A stretch of 64,000 bases of DNA from Verrucomicrobiia bacterium. GTDB taxonomy: Bacteria; Verrucomicrobiota; Verrucomicrobiia; Limisphaerales; UBA1319. Shown one piece after another: positions 29,606 to 39,865 of this stretch (the stretch's first letter is position 1; each line of letters opens with the position of its first letter). The notes under the pieces were generated by a model. The model saw only the letters and a program-made list of their open reading frames with translations. It did no database searches and had not been told where the DNA came from. The DNA lies in the NCBI GenBank assembly GCA_963664225.1, contig OY760937.1, positions 992,001 to 1,056,000 on the forward strand, in the 5' to 3' direction. The translations under genes were made by a program, and so were the position numbers.

Positions 29606-30709
29606 ATGCGCAGTGTTAAAGTGCCCTTGGGGAAACGCAGTTATTCCATAGAAATCGGACCGGACCTCCTGGCGGGGTTGGGTGCGGAGTGTGTTCACCT
29701 TGGAATGGGTCGGCGCTGCGCCATTATCGCCGATGCACATGTGGCTCCGCTTTACGGTGAATTGGCGCGCACTTCGCTGTTTAAGGTGGGATTTGAGGTT
29801 GAATCCATTGATATACCGGCAGGGGAAACGGCCAAACAGTTGAAGACCGTTCATGCGTGTTATGACCGTCTGGCCGAACACCGGATCGAGCGCAAATCTT
29901 TCATCGTGGCCTTGGGCGGTGGGGTTACGGGGGACATGGCGGGCTTTGTTGCGGCCACCTATTTGCGCGGTATCGATTTTGTGCAAGTCCCCACGACGCT
30001 GCTGGCCCAGGTGGATAGCTCAGTGGGTGGAAAAGTGGGTGTCAATCTCAAGGCCGGGAAAAATCTCGTGGGTGCCTTTTACCAGCCGCGCCTGGTGCTG
30101 TGCGATTTGTCCACTCTGAAAACTCTGCCGGAACGCGAGTTTCGGGCTGGCATGGCCGAGGTGATCAAATACGGGGTGATTTACGACGCGGCCTTTTTTG
30201 AACGGCTGGAAAAGTCGCTACCACAAATCATGGCCCATGAACCGGCGATCATGGCCGAAGTCATCGCGCGCTGCTGCGAAATCAAGGCTGAGGTGGTGGG
30301 GCAGGATGAAACGGAGAGCGGGTTGCGGGCCGTTTTGAATTTCGGTCACACCGTGGGACACGCCCTGGAGGCGATCACCGGTTACGGCACCTATCTTCAC
30401 GGGGAGGCGCTATCCATCGGCCTCGTTGCCGCCTCTAAAATATCAGAAAAGCTGACCGGTTTTTCGTCGGCGGATACCGCACGTCTTGCCCGTTTATTGC
30501 AGCAAGTTGGACTGCCGGTTTCAGTGAGGCTGACTGCCGCGCGACAAAACCGCCTGTTGGCGGCAATGCAACTCGACAAGAAGGTCAGCGGTGGCGAGGT
30601 GAAGTTTGTTCTGGCGCAGAAAATCGGCCAGGTCAGTCATGGACAGCGCGTTCCCCAGGATGTGTTGATCGAAGTTCTCAAAAACATCAGTGCGAGCGCG
30701 GGACGATAA
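29606..30709 (+). CDS. aroB: 3-dehydroquinate synthase
   Basis: ALGGGVTGDMAGFVAATYLRG, PTTLLAQVDSSVGGK, LNFGHTVGHALE, HGEA. Confidence 0.97.
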   Translation: MRSVKVPLGKRSYSIEIGPDLLAGLGAECVHLGMGRRCAIIADAHVAPLYGELARTSLFKVGFEVESIDIPAGETAKQLKTVHACYDRLAEHRIERKSFIVALGGGVTGDMAGFVAATYLRGIDFVQVPTTLLAQVDSSVGGKVGVNLKAGKNLVGAFYQPRLVLCDLSTLKTLPEREFRAGMAEVIKYGVIYDAAFFERLEKSLPQIMAHEPAIMAEVIARCCEIKAEVVGQDETESGLRAVLNFGHTVGHALEAITGYGTYLHGEALSIGLVAASKISEKLTGFSSADTARLARLLQQVGLPVSVRLTAARQNRLLAAMQLDKKVSGGEVKFVLAQKIGQVSHGQRVPQDVLIEVLKNISASAGR

Positions 30710-30782
30710 TGGCGGACACTTTGACGATGCAAAGTTTTTGGATTGCAGTTGGGCATTTAATAAAAAACTCAAAAGGATGACA

Positions 30783-32252
30783 ATGAGAGGCATGAATATA
30801 CTGAGGATTGTTGCAGTGCTGCAACTGGGTTGGATGGCGGTGACTCAGACGATGGCGGCGGACGCACCGCTCTACAAGGAAATCTACCGTCCGCAATTTC
30901 ATTTTACCGCGCAGTCGAACTGGCTCAACGATCCCAATGGGCTGGTGTTTTACAAGGGCGAGTATCATTTGTTTTTTCAACACAATCCCAAAAGCACGGA
31001 GTGGGGGAACATGACCTGGGGCCATGCGATCAGCCCTGATCTCGTGCATTGGAAGCAGCTCGATCACGCGCTCATGCCCGACCGGTTGGGGACCATGTTT
31101 TCAGGTTCCGGCGCTGTGGATGTGAACAACAGCGCCGGATACCAGACCGGGCGCGAGAAGACCCTTGTTTTTCTTTATACTGCGGCGGGTGGCACATCGC
31201 CCGAGTCTCAAGGACAGCCATTCAGCCAATGTCTGGCTTATAGCACCGACCGGGGTCGCACCCTTGTGAAGTATGAGGGCAATCCAGTTCTGACGGTGCG
31301 CGCGGATCATCGCGATCCCAAGGTGTTCTGGCATCAACCCACAAAAAAATGGATCATGGCGCTGTATGTCCCGATGCCGGATGAGAGCCGGAAAAATGCC
31401 AAGGGCGAGCCTGAAACCGTTCACACACTCCAGTATTTCTCATCCGATAATTTGAAGCATTGGACCTTTTTGAGCCGGATGGATGGAATTTTTGAGTGTC
31501 CGGATACCTTTGAGCTGGCTGTGGATGGCAAGAAGAGCAACACCCGCTGGGTGGCGTTTGGGGCCGATGGCGAATACGTGGTTGGCACCTTCAACGGCCG
31601 GGAGTTTATCCGTGAAGGCGGAAAATACATTGGCGATTACGGCGCGAATTTCTACGCCGCCCAGACTTACAGCGATATTCCCGCGCGCGATGGACGACGC
31701 GTCCTTGTCGGCTGGATGCGCGGTGGGAGGTATCCCGGAATGCCGTTCAACCAGCAGATGGCTTTTCCAAGCACATTGACATTGCGCACGACGCCAGAAG
31801 GCATCCGCCTATGCAAGTGGCCAGTCAAGGAGATCTCAAACCTCGTTACAAAGAAGCATGACTGGAAGAACCTGAACCTGGAGGGAACCGTCAATCCATT
31901 GGAGAAAATCCAGGGCGATTGTTTCGATATCGAGGCTGTCATCGAGCCGGGCAAAGCGAGCGAAGTGTGGTTTGACGTTCGCGGCACTCCAGTTGTCTGG
32001 TCTGCCGCAAAACAGGAATTGACCACTCTGGGACGCACGGGTCCGCTGCCTTTGCGTGATGGGCGTATTGCCTTGCGCCTGTTGGTGGACAGGACTTCGG
32101 TGGAAATTTTCGGCAACCATGGGGAAATGGTCATGTCCTCCTGCTTTGTTCCTCCGGTTGAAAATCAGAGCCTGGGTCTGAGCGCGCAAGGCGGAACAGC
32201 CCGCGTGGTATCAATGACCGTGCGTGAATTGAAAAGCGCGTGGGAACCCTGA
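30783..32252 (+). CDS. GH32 beta-fructosidase/levanase-like, secreted
   Basis: WLNDPNG, WGHAIS, FSGS, RDP, ECPD, DRTSVEIF motifs and a signal-like N-terminus. Confidence 0.93.
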   Translation: MRGMNILRIVAVLQLGWMAVTQTMAADAPLYKEIYRPQFHFTAQSNWLNDPNGLVFYKGEYHLFFQHNPKSTEWGNMTWGHAISPDLVHWKQLDHALMPDRLGTMFSGSGAVDVNNSAGYQTGREKTLVFLYTAAGGTSPESQGQPFSQCLAYSTDRGRTLVKYEGNPVLTVRADHRDPKVFWHQPTKKWIMALYVPMPDESRKNAKGEPETVHTLQYFSSDNLKHWTFLSRMDGIFECPDTFELAVDGKKSNTRWVAFGADGEYVVGTFNGREFIREGGKYIGDYGANFYAAQTYSDIPARDGRRVLVGWMRGGRYPGMPFNQQMAFPSTLTLRTTPEGIRLCKWPVKEISNLVTKKHDWKNLNLEGTVNPLEKIQGDCFDIEAVIEPGKASEVWFDVRGTPVVWSAAKQELTTLGRTGPLPLRDGRIALRLLVDRTSVEIFGNHGEMVMSSCFVPPVENQSLGLSAQGGTARVVSMTVRELKSAWEP

Positions 32253-32267
32253 AGGTGAACGGGGCAA

Positions 32268-33233
32268 TCAGCCTGCAAGATGGCAGGCGACATGGTGATT
32301 GGGAGCTAACTCGCGCAACGCTGGGAGCTCCACCCGGCAGCGTTCGACGGCCATTGGGCAGCGGGGATGGAAGGGACATCCGGCGGGCGGATTGAGAGGT
32401 GAGGGCACATCCCCCTGCAGTACGATGCGTTTTCGTTGGGTCTCTGGATCCAGAACGGGAATGGCGGATATCAAGGCCTGCGTGTAAGGGTGGAGAGGCT
32501 GCGCGATGAGCGTCTTTGCATCCGCAATTTCCATGATTCTTCCCAGATACATCACCAGCACCCGGTCGCACAAATGTTCAACCACCGCCAGGTCGTGCGC
32601 AATGAACAGGCAGGCCAGACCCAGCTTCCCGCTGAGGTCCTGGAGCAGGTTGATGATTTGAGCCTGCACCGAGACATCCAGCGCGCTGACCGGTTCGTCA
32701 CAGATCAGGAGTCGGGGCTCGACCGCAAGAGCGCGTGCGATGCCAATGCGCTGTCGCTGGCCGCCGCTGAACTCATGCGGATAACGGGCCATGTGTTCCC
32801 CGCCCAAGCCGACGCTGTGCAATAAATCCGCGATTCTCTCGTTGCGATTCTCTTTTACTGGAGTCAGCCGATGGATGTCCAGACCCTCGCCCACGATATT
32901 TTCCACGGTCATGCGCGGGTTCAGGGAGCCGTAGGGATCCTGAAAAATCATTTGAATGCTTTTGCACTGGGCGCGTGTGCGTTTGCCTGCGGCGGCGGTC
33001 AGATTCACTCCATCGAAATGAATCGTTCCTGAGGCCGGTTTAATCAAGCCCACCAGTGCGCGGCCAAGGGTTGATTTTCCACAACCGCTTTCGCCCACGA
33101 GTCCGAGTGTCTCGCCGGCATTAAGCTCGAAGGAGACGCCATCCACCGCCCGCACAACGTTGTGTCCTGACGCGTTCGTGCCGTCCCGAACGTGGTACCG
33201 CACTTTTAGATTCTGGACTTCCAGCAACGACAT
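32268..33233 (-). CDS. oppF: Oligopeptide/dipeptide ABC transporter ATPase (OppF-like)
   Basis: GESGCGKS, FSGGQRQR, DEPVSALD, GCPFHPRC. Confidence 0.92.
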   Translation of the reverse strand: MSLLEVQNLKVRYHVRDGTNASGHNVVRAVDGVSFELNAGETLGLVGESGCGKSTLGRALVGLIKPASGTIHFDGVNLTAAAGKRTRAQCKSIQMIFQDPYGSLNPRMTVENIVGEGLDIHRLTPVKENRNERIADLLHSVGLGGEHMARYPHEFSGGQRQRIGIARALAVEPRLLICDEPVSALDVSVQAQIINLLQDLSGKLGLACLFIAHDLAVVEHLCDRVLVMYLGRIMEIADAKTLIAQPLHPYTQALISAIPVLDPETQRKRIVLQGDVPSPLNPPAGCPFHPRCPMAVERCRVELPALRELAPNHHVACHLAG

Positions 33234-33240
33234 AAGGTTC

Positions 33241-34242
33241 TCAATGATTTGAATTCAGTCCCGCCGGTCCATTCAGGTTCGGGCCGCCATCCCAAAAGGG
33301 GCAGCGCACGCGATGAGTTGGGCTGATGGAAAGCAATTCGGGGATCGTATGGCGACAGGACTCCTGGGCTTTTCCACAACGCGGGTGAAACCGGCATCCG
33401 CCAGGAAGCGCGTTCATCCGGGGAACCTGTCCGGGAATGGCCGGGAGGCGTTCGGCGTTCGCGCTGAGCTGGGGCATCGACTCGATCAGGCCCTGCGTAT
33501 AGGGATGACGTGGATTTTTCAACAGTTCCCTGGCTGGGGCCATTTCGAGGATTTGACCCGCGTACATCACTGCGGCGTCATCGGCCATCTGGCGGACGAT
33601 CCCCAGGTTATGCGTGATCAGGAGCATGCTCATGTCCGAGCTTTTTTTCAGGTCACCCAGTAGATCGAGGATCTGGGCCTGAATGGTGACATCGAGCGCG
33701 GTGGTGGGTTCGTCGGCGATCAATAATTTGGGCGCGGAGGCCAGGGCCATGGCGATCATCACCCGCTGCTGCATTCCACCGGATAGCTGGCCTGGATAGT
33801 CCCGCAACCTCTGTTCAGGCGCGGCGATGCCGACATACTGTAGCAGGCGAATGACCTCGGAATCCTGGGCGGCCTCCGGACGATGGAGCTTGAGCGATTC
33901 CATTATTTGATCGCGGACGCGCATCACGGGGTTCAGAGAGACGGCGGGTTCTTGAAAAATGTAACTGACCATGCCGCCGCGGATTTGTCGCAGCGGTCCG
34001 GGGGCCATCGACAGAACGTCCTGGCCCTCCAACAGGATTTTGCCGCCCGCGTAATGCGCGGGAGGGCAGGGCAGCAGCCGGGCAATGGACAATGCGGTGA
34101 CACTTTTTCCCGATCCGCTTTCGCCCACCAGACAAAAAGTTTTGCCCCGGTCCACGGAGAAGGACACGTCATCGACTGCGGGCGTTCTTTCGGACGGCCG
34201 GTCAAATGCGACGCTTAAATTTTGGATTTCCAGCAGTGCCAT
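33241..34242 (-). CDS. oppD: Oligopeptide/dipeptide ABC transporter ATPase (OppD-like)
   Basis: [36 protein letters not shown]. Confidence 0.92.
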   Translation of the reverse strand: MALLEIQNLSVAFDRPSERTPAVDDVSFSVDRGKTFCLVGESGSGKSVTALSIARLLPCPPAHYAGGKILLEGQDVLSMAPGPLRQIRGGMVSYIFQEPAVSLNPVMRVRDQIMESLKLHRPEAAQDSEVIRLLQYVGIAAPEQRLRDYPGQLSGGMQQRVMIAMALASAPKLLIADEPTTALDVTIQAQILDLLGDLKKSSDMSMLLITHNLGIVRQMADDAAVMYAGQILEMAPARELLKNPRHPYTQGLIESMPQLSANAERLPAIPGQVPRMNALPGGCRFHPRCGKAQESCRHTIPELLSISPTHRVRCPFWDGGPNLNGPAGLNSNH

Positions 34243-34245
34243 GGA

Positions 34246-35550
34246 TCAGCGTGAGGCGGTCTTTAGAGATTTCTTTTGCGCCGGAGTTGGGGCTTTTGAA
34301 GGGGTAGCCGTAACATCCTGACCGTAACCCGGAATCAAATATTTTTGGCGGCGCGCGCGGAATTGCGATTCACCATTTTTCCATGCGGCCACGATGAATG
34401 CCGAGCTTTGCCCTCTCTCCATGGATCGCCGCACCTGGTCTGTGCCAATAACCTTGTCGAACATGCCAAAGGAATGCCCGGATTTCTGCGCCTCACGAAA
34501 CAGATCGCGACCGGAGGTTCGTTTGATGGCATCCCAGATATGAAGGTTCAGGCACATCAAGGGGGATTGGCTCGTGTTTGTGATGTCGATTTTGACGCCT
34601 TGCACCCATTCGCCGGAAGTTTTCTGGTAACGCATGGGTCGAAAAGCGACGCCTGGAAGCTGATAATTGTTGAGGGTTTTGCTCGTGGTGGCCGCATTGA
34701 GCCAGGGAGCGGAAAAGCATTGAAACCGATATGGCGTGCCTCCGCCCAGGTTCAAACCGCCCAGTTCACCCAATATGCCCGTTGACGCTAGATACATGGG
34801 GGTATCGCCGTTGGGAACATTGGGCGACGTGGGAACCCACTTTAGACCCGTGCGATTCCAAACCATGGAGCGCTGCCAGCCTGTCATGGGGATGACCGCG
34901 AGGCGGCAGCGGTTGGTGATCCAGCCCTCGCCATTGATCATCCGGGCCAGTTCGCCGCAGGTCAGGCCGTAGATGTAAGGCACGGACCATTGGCCGACGA
35001 AGGAGCGGAAATTGTTGTCGAGCATCGGCCCTTCCGCGCGCAATCCGCCCAGAGGATTGGGACGATCGAGCACCATGAATTCCACGTTCGCCGCGCCGCA
35101 AGCCTCCATGGCCAGTCCCATGGTGCTGATGTAGGTGTAGGAGCGGATGCCTGTGTCTTGTATGTCGTAAACCAGCGTGTCGATTCCCTGGAGCATGGCG
35201 GGCGTGGGACGGCGAATGGGTCCGGGCCCATAGAGCGAATAGATGGGCAGGCGTGTGCGTGCATCGATGGAACTGGTAAATTCGCGACCCGCCGGGATCG
35301 TTCCGTAAATGCCGTGCTCGGCCGCGAAAAGGGCGACGAGTTGCACGCCTTTGGCCTTTCGCAGTTCATCGATCATGGAGTTGCCGCGCCGGTTGATGCC
35401 GGAGGGATTGGTCAGCAAGCCGACGCGCTTGCCCTTGAGTGGGGCAAAGTTCATCTGGGCCAGCACATCGCTGCCCAGCATTACTTCGGCTCGGGTCTGT
35501 GGCGCCATCAGCCAGCCAGCCAGCACCAGCCATGCAATCCATTTTGCCAT
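34246..35550 (-). CDS. namZ: Exo-beta-N-acetylmuramidase NamZ family (DUF1343)
   Basis: RVGLLTNPS, LFAAEHG, YSLYG, DIQDTGIRSYTY, LDRPNP, GLTCGELA, WVPTSPN; signal peptide. Confidence 0.88.
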   Translation of the reverse strand: MAKWIAWLVLAGWLMAPQTRAEVMLGSDVLAQMNFAPLKGKRVGLLTNPSGINRRGNSMIDELRKAKGVQLVALFAAEHGIYGTIPAGREFTSSIDARTRLPIYSLYGPGPIRRPTPAMLQGIDTLVYDIQDTGIRSYTYISTMGLAMEACGAANVEFMVLDRPNPLGGLRAEGPMLDNNFRSFVGQWSVPYIYGLTCGELARMINGEGWITNRCRLAVIPMTGWQRSMVWNRTGLKWVPTSPNVPNGDTPMYLASTGILGELGGLNLGGGTPYRFQCFSAPWLNAATTSKTLNNYQLPGVAFRPMRYQKTSGEWVQGVKIDITNTSQSPLMCLNLHIWDAIKRTSGRDLFREAQKSGHSFGMFDKVIGTDQVRRSMERGQSSAFIVAAWKNGESQFRARRQKYLIPGYGQDVTATPSKAPTPAQKKSLKTASR

Positions 35551-35651
35551 GGCCGCCAGATTAGTGGAGTGCTCCGAAAATCACCATCGATTTGTTGATG
35601 CTCGAAAGCCCAGGATTGCCCGCATGGCGTTTCGTGGCGTAAACTGAACCT

Positions 35652-37061
35652 GTGAAAACGGTCGTCCACTGGTATCGCCGCGATTTGCGCGTGTCTGACA
35701 ATACCGCGCTGGCCGATGCTTCGCGGCGCGCGGAAGTGGTGCGCCCGCTTTTCATATTGGATGACGAGATTCTTGGCGCTCCGGACATGGGTGCGGCACG
35801 CGTCAGTTTTCTGCTCGGCACGTTGCGTTCGCTTCAACGCAACCTCGCGGCGCTGGGTTATGACTTGATCATTTGCCGTGGAAAGCCCGAGGAGGAACTC
35901 TTGAAGGTGTGCCGTGAAATCCATGCTGAGGCGGTGTTCTGCAATCGGGATTACGAGCCCTGGTGTCAGTCGAGGGATTCGCGGATTTTCAATCTGCTCA
36001 ATGCCGAAGGAATTGGATTTGAGATTTTCAAGGACGCCGTCATTTGGGAGGAAAACGAAATCCTGACCAAGTCCGGCACGCCCTACACCGTTTTTACCCC
36101 GTATTCGAAGGCGTGGAAGACCAAGGCCGTGCCACCAACCAGGTCTGCGCTCAAACCCGCATCAGCCAAGCCCAAAAAGATTCCCTCCCTGGGACTCCCA
36201 GCGACTTCCGATGCGTTGGGCTTTCCCCTGAATCAGTCCATTCCGGAGGCGGGGGAACAGGTCGCACGGGAAGCATTGAGGAAGTTCATGGCCGGGTCGG
36301 TTTTGTCCTACGGAAAACTGAGGGACTTTCCCGCCGTGGACGCCACATCGCATTTGTCGGCTCATCTCCATTTTGGCGCGGTGAATATCCGGACAATTCT
36401 ATCTTTATTGGCGGAAGCCATGAACGGAGCCGATCCACTATCCAGAACCCAGGCCGATGTGTTTCTCAACGAACTGATATGGCGCGAGTTTTATATTCAG
36501 ATCATGACGAATTTCCCGCATGTCATGAAAGGATCGTTTCGCCGTGAATGTGATGCGCTGGTCTGGAGCGAAAACAAGGCGCATTTTCAAAGATGGTGCG
36601 AGGGGCGGACGGGTTATCCGATCATCGACGCGGCGATGCGATGTCTCAATGCTACCGGCTGGATGCATAATCGTCTGCGGATGATCGTCGCCATGTTCCT
36701 GACCAAGGATCTCCTGATTTCGTGGCAATGGGGGGAACGCCATTTCATGCAGAAGCTCGTGGATGGCGATGCGGCGGCCAACAACGGCGGTTGGCAATGG
36801 AGCGCGGGTACGGGCACGGACGCCGCACCGTATTTCAGGATATTCAATCCCACCGCACAGGCCATGAAATTCGATTCCGACGGCGCGTTCGTCCGGAAGT
36901 GGGTTCCTGAACTAAGCCATCTCGAAGGGGCGCGCATTCATGAGCCGTGGGAGGAATCCGTTCCAGTGAAGTATCCCAGCCGCATCGTTCTGCACGCGGA
37001 CCAGCGATCCCGGTGGCTGGCGATGTTCCAGAAGGTCAAGGGCACTAAAATCACGGAATAG
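35652..37061 (+). CDS. phrB: Class I CPD DNA photolyase
   Basis: WYRRDLRVSDN, ELIWREFY, GRTGYPIIDAAMR, GWMHNRLRM, NNGGWQWSAG, RIFNP. Confidence 0.95.
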   Translation: MKTVVHWYRRDLRVSDNTALADASRRAEVVRPLFILDDEILGAPDMGAARVSFLLGTLRSLQRNLAALGYDLIICRGKPEEELLKVCREIHAEAVFCNRDYEPWCQSRDSRIFNLLNAEGIGFEIFKDAVIWEENEILTKSGTPYTVFTPYSKAWKTKAVPPTRSALKPASAKPKKIPSLGLPATSDALGFPLNQSIPEAGEQVAREALRKFMAGSVLSYGKLRDFPAVDATSHLSAHLHFGAVNIRTILSLLAEAMNGADPLSRTQADVFLNELIWREFYIQIMTNFPHVMKGSFRRECDALVWSENKAHFQRWCEGRTGYPIIDAAMRCLNATGWMHNRLRMIVAMFLTKDLLISWQWGERHFMQKLVDGDAAANNGGWQWSAGTGTDAAPYFRIFNPTAQAMKFDSDGAFVRKWVPELSHLEGARIHEPWEESVPVKYPSRIVLHADQRSRWLAMFQKVKGTKITE

Positions 37062-37117
37062 CGACCTACGTGGTTTTCATTGATTTGCGCATCCAGAACC
37101 GGTAGTTCAATGGCCCC

Positions 37118-39856
37118 ATGAAAGCCACCCATCAGCCCGTGACCACGGCGCGACGCTCCATCGCGCGTTTGAAACATCTTCTACAAATGCGAACCATGGC
37201 CTTATGGGTGCTTGCTGGGCTGTTCTGCATGCCGTGTGCCCGGGCCGTTGGGGCGTATGTGTGGGTGGAGGGGGAAAGCGCCACGGAAAAAACGGTAACG
37301 CGTAATGCTTGGTATGAAACGGTACCCAAGACGGCCTTTTCTGGAGGTGCATTTCTAGCGCATTTTGACGAGACCAAACCGGGCCAGGCCACCTATGTAT
37401 TTGAGGCGCCCGCCGCCGGTGAGTATTCATTATGGCTGCGCGCCAATCCCAATGAGACGCGCATTGACTATGCCTTGAACGGGGCGGAATGGCAGCCGGT
37501 TTCCGTGACCAACGCGATGCAGAAATTCACACTCTCGGGTTGGGACATGCGCTTTATGGCTTGGATCGACGCGGGCAAGGCGGTTCTGAAGGCGGGGCGC
37601 AACGAAATGAAAATCCGGCTGGATGGCAAACCCAAACCTCACGGCATCCTGGATTGCTTTGTCTTCACGCAGAAACCTTTCAGCCCCTGGGGCATCGAGA
37701 AGCCCGAAGGAGCCGCCGCTGCGCGAAAACAGGCTGCGGACGATGAGGCAAACTGGTTTGATTTCGCGGCCAAAATCGATTCTTCGGCTACGAATACGCC
37801 GATTGATCTGCGTCATCTGAACGAGCGTTTTGCCGGGGAAATGGGCCGCATCGTGGTTCGAGATGGAAAATTCCAGCATGAAAATGCAATGGGCGGCAAG
37901 AGCGTTCGGTTCTGGGCTGTGAACGGTCCGCCGCATGATTTGAAAGGGGCGAAACTGGCCGCGTGCGCGAAAACTCTCGCCCGGTATGGCGTGAATATGG
38001 TCCGCATTCATGGCGCGGTGGCCGATGAAAAAACCGGGGAGGTTCGTCTGGAGTCCGTGCAGCACCTCGTCGAGATGATTGAAGCGATGCGTGCGGAGGG
38101 AATTTACACTCACCTTTCGATCTATTTTCCGCTTTGGTTTCGACCTGCCGGGGGTTCGGAATTTCTGGAGGGCTATGATGGCGGCAAGAATCCGTTTGCC
38201 ACGCTGATGTTCAATCCGACTTTCCAGAAACGCTACGAGGAATGGTGGCACGCGGTCATGACCGCGAAGATGTCCAATGGCAAACCGCTATTTTCCGAAG
38301 CCGCTGTCATGAGTGTGGAATTGCAGAATGAGGACTCGCTGTTTTTCTGGACCTTCAATGAAGGGAACCTGCCTGATCCGCAGATGCGCATGTTCGAGAA
38401 GCAGTTCGGGGATTGGCTGGCGCGCAAATATGGCTCTCTCGAAAAAGCCTTCGAAGCCTGGGGTGGAGGCAAACTGGCCCGTGATAATGCCGCGGAAGGG
38501 CGTGTCGCTTTCCGTCCATTATATGAAATATTCTCCAAGAAGACCGCACGCGACCGCGACACTGCGGCCTTCCTGCTCGAAACGCAGAGGGCGTTTTACA
38601 CCCGTGCCAGCAAGTTTATTCACAGTTTGGGTTTCGAGGGCCTCATCACCTGTTCGAATTGGAATACCGCAAGCCCGGAAGTATTCGGGCCGCTGGAAAA
38701 ATACAGCTACACCATCGGCGACTTTATCGACCGCCACGGTTATTTCGGTTGTCGCAATGCGGGCTTGTTCTCTGAGTGGTCGATCCGAAATGATCATACC
38801 TATCTGAATCGCAGCGCGCTGCGATTCGACCCCGAGGAACCGGGTGCGGCGCGCCAGTTCAATCATCCGGTGATCGATATCAAATACGATCACAAGCCAT
38901 CCGTGATTTCCGAAACCACCTGGAATCGCCCCAACCGCTACCGGGGTGAGGCACCGCTGTTTTTTGCCGCTTATGGCGCATTGCAGGACAGCGATGGCGT
39001 TGTTCATTTTGCGCTGGATGGCGCCCAGTGGTCCGTGAAGCCCGGATACTTCATGCAACCCTGGACACTCATGGCGCCGACCCAGGTGGGGCAATTTCCA
39101 GCCGCAGCGCTGATTTATCGAGAGGTCTTGATCACCCCCGGCGCGATGCTTGCCGATCTGCAACTCGGGATTGAGGACATTAAGAACCTCAAGGGAACGC
39201 CCCTGCCTCAGGATGCCGCGTTCGATGAATTACGGTTGAAGGATGTTCCCGCAGGCACGGAACTCAAGCCCGGCAACCGGATCGATCCCCTCATTCATTT
39301 TGCGGGACGCACGCAGGTCCGTTTTGCGGATACCGCGCGCCCGGCGAAGCTCGTCGATTTGAAGCCCTATGTGAATCGCGAGCGCCAAACCGTGACCAGC
39401 ACGACTGGAGAATTGATGCTCGATTATGGCAAAGGTTTTTTCACGATGAACGCCCCCGGCGCACAAGGAGCGAGCGGCAATCTCAAGGCGGCGGGCGAAT
39501 TGGTTCTGAAGAACATCGTGGTTCAATCTGGTCTGGATTCGGTGCACATTGTCCTGGTGGCGCTGGATGGCAAACCGCTGAGAACATCGCAGCGCATGCT
39601 GTTGCAGGTCATGTCCGAGGAAAAGGCCAGCGGATTTAAGGAGATTCCGCAGGGAGATATTCATCTCATCGAAAACATCGGCCAGGATCCCTGGCGTATT
39701 CGAAAGATGGACGGCTCGGTGCGTGTGACCCGCCCGGACGCGGCGCAACTGAAAGTCACGGCGCTGGATTTCAATGGCATGCCGGTCAGGGAACTCGGCT
39801 CTGCCGCGCGCATCACGCTGCTCCCGGATTGTTTGTATTATTTGATCAGCAAATAA
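37118..39856 (+). CDS. Secreted clan GH-A-like glycoside hydrolase with N-terminal CBM-like domain
   Basis: WVEGE N-terminal domain, RFWAVN, GVNMVRIH, ELQNED (acid/base), DRHGY, ISET (nucleophile). Family not resolved and start uncertain. Confidence 0.7.
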   Translation: MKATHQPVTTARRSIARLKHLLQMRTMALWVLAGLFCMPCARAVGAYVWVEGESATEKTVTRNAWYETVPKTAFSGGAFLAHFDETKPGQATYVFEAPAAGEYSLWLRANPNETRIDYALNGAEWQPVSVTNAMQKFTLSGWDMRFMAWIDAGKAVLKAGRNEMKIRLDGKPKPHGILDCFVFTQKPFSPWGIEKPEGAAAARKQAADDEANWFDFAAKIDSSATNTPIDLRHLNERFAGEMGRIVVRDGKFQHENAMGGKSVRFWAVNGPPHDLKGAKLAACAKTLARYGVNMVRIHGAVADEKTGEVRLESVQHLVEMIEAMRAEGIYTHLSIYFPLWFRPAGGSEFLEGYDGGKNPFATLMFNPTFQKRYEEWWHAVMTAKMSNGKPLFSEAAVMSVELQNEDSLFFWTFNEGNLPDPQMRMFEKQFGDWLARKYGSLEKAFEAWGGGKLARDNAAEGRVAFRPLYEIFSKKTARDRDTAAFLLETQRAFYTRASKFIHSLGFEGLITCSNWNTASPEVFGPLEKYSYTIGDFIDRHGYFGCRNAGLFSEWSIRNDHTYLNRSALRFDPEEPGAARQFNHPVIDIKYDHKPSVISETTWNRPNRYRGEAPLFFAAYGALQDSDGVVHFALDGAQWSVKPGYFMQPWTLMAPTQVGQFPAAALIYREVLITPGAMLADLQLGIEDIKNLKGTPLPQDAAFDELRLKDVPAGTELKPGNRIDPLIHFAGRTQVRFADTARPAKLVDLKPYVNRERQTVTSTTGELMLDYGKGFFTMNAPGAQGASGNLKAAGELVLKNIVVQSGLDSVHIVLVALDGKPLRTSQRMLLQVMSEEKASGFKEIPQGDIHLIENIGQDPWRIRKMDGSVRVTRPDAAQLKVTALDFNGMPVRELGSAARITLLPDCLYYLISK

Positions 39857-39865
39857 CGCGGCGCT

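Noticed and set aside
35560..35652. SOS box upstream of the photolyase gene
   Set aside because: No TGTTC-N4-GAACA-like site was seen.
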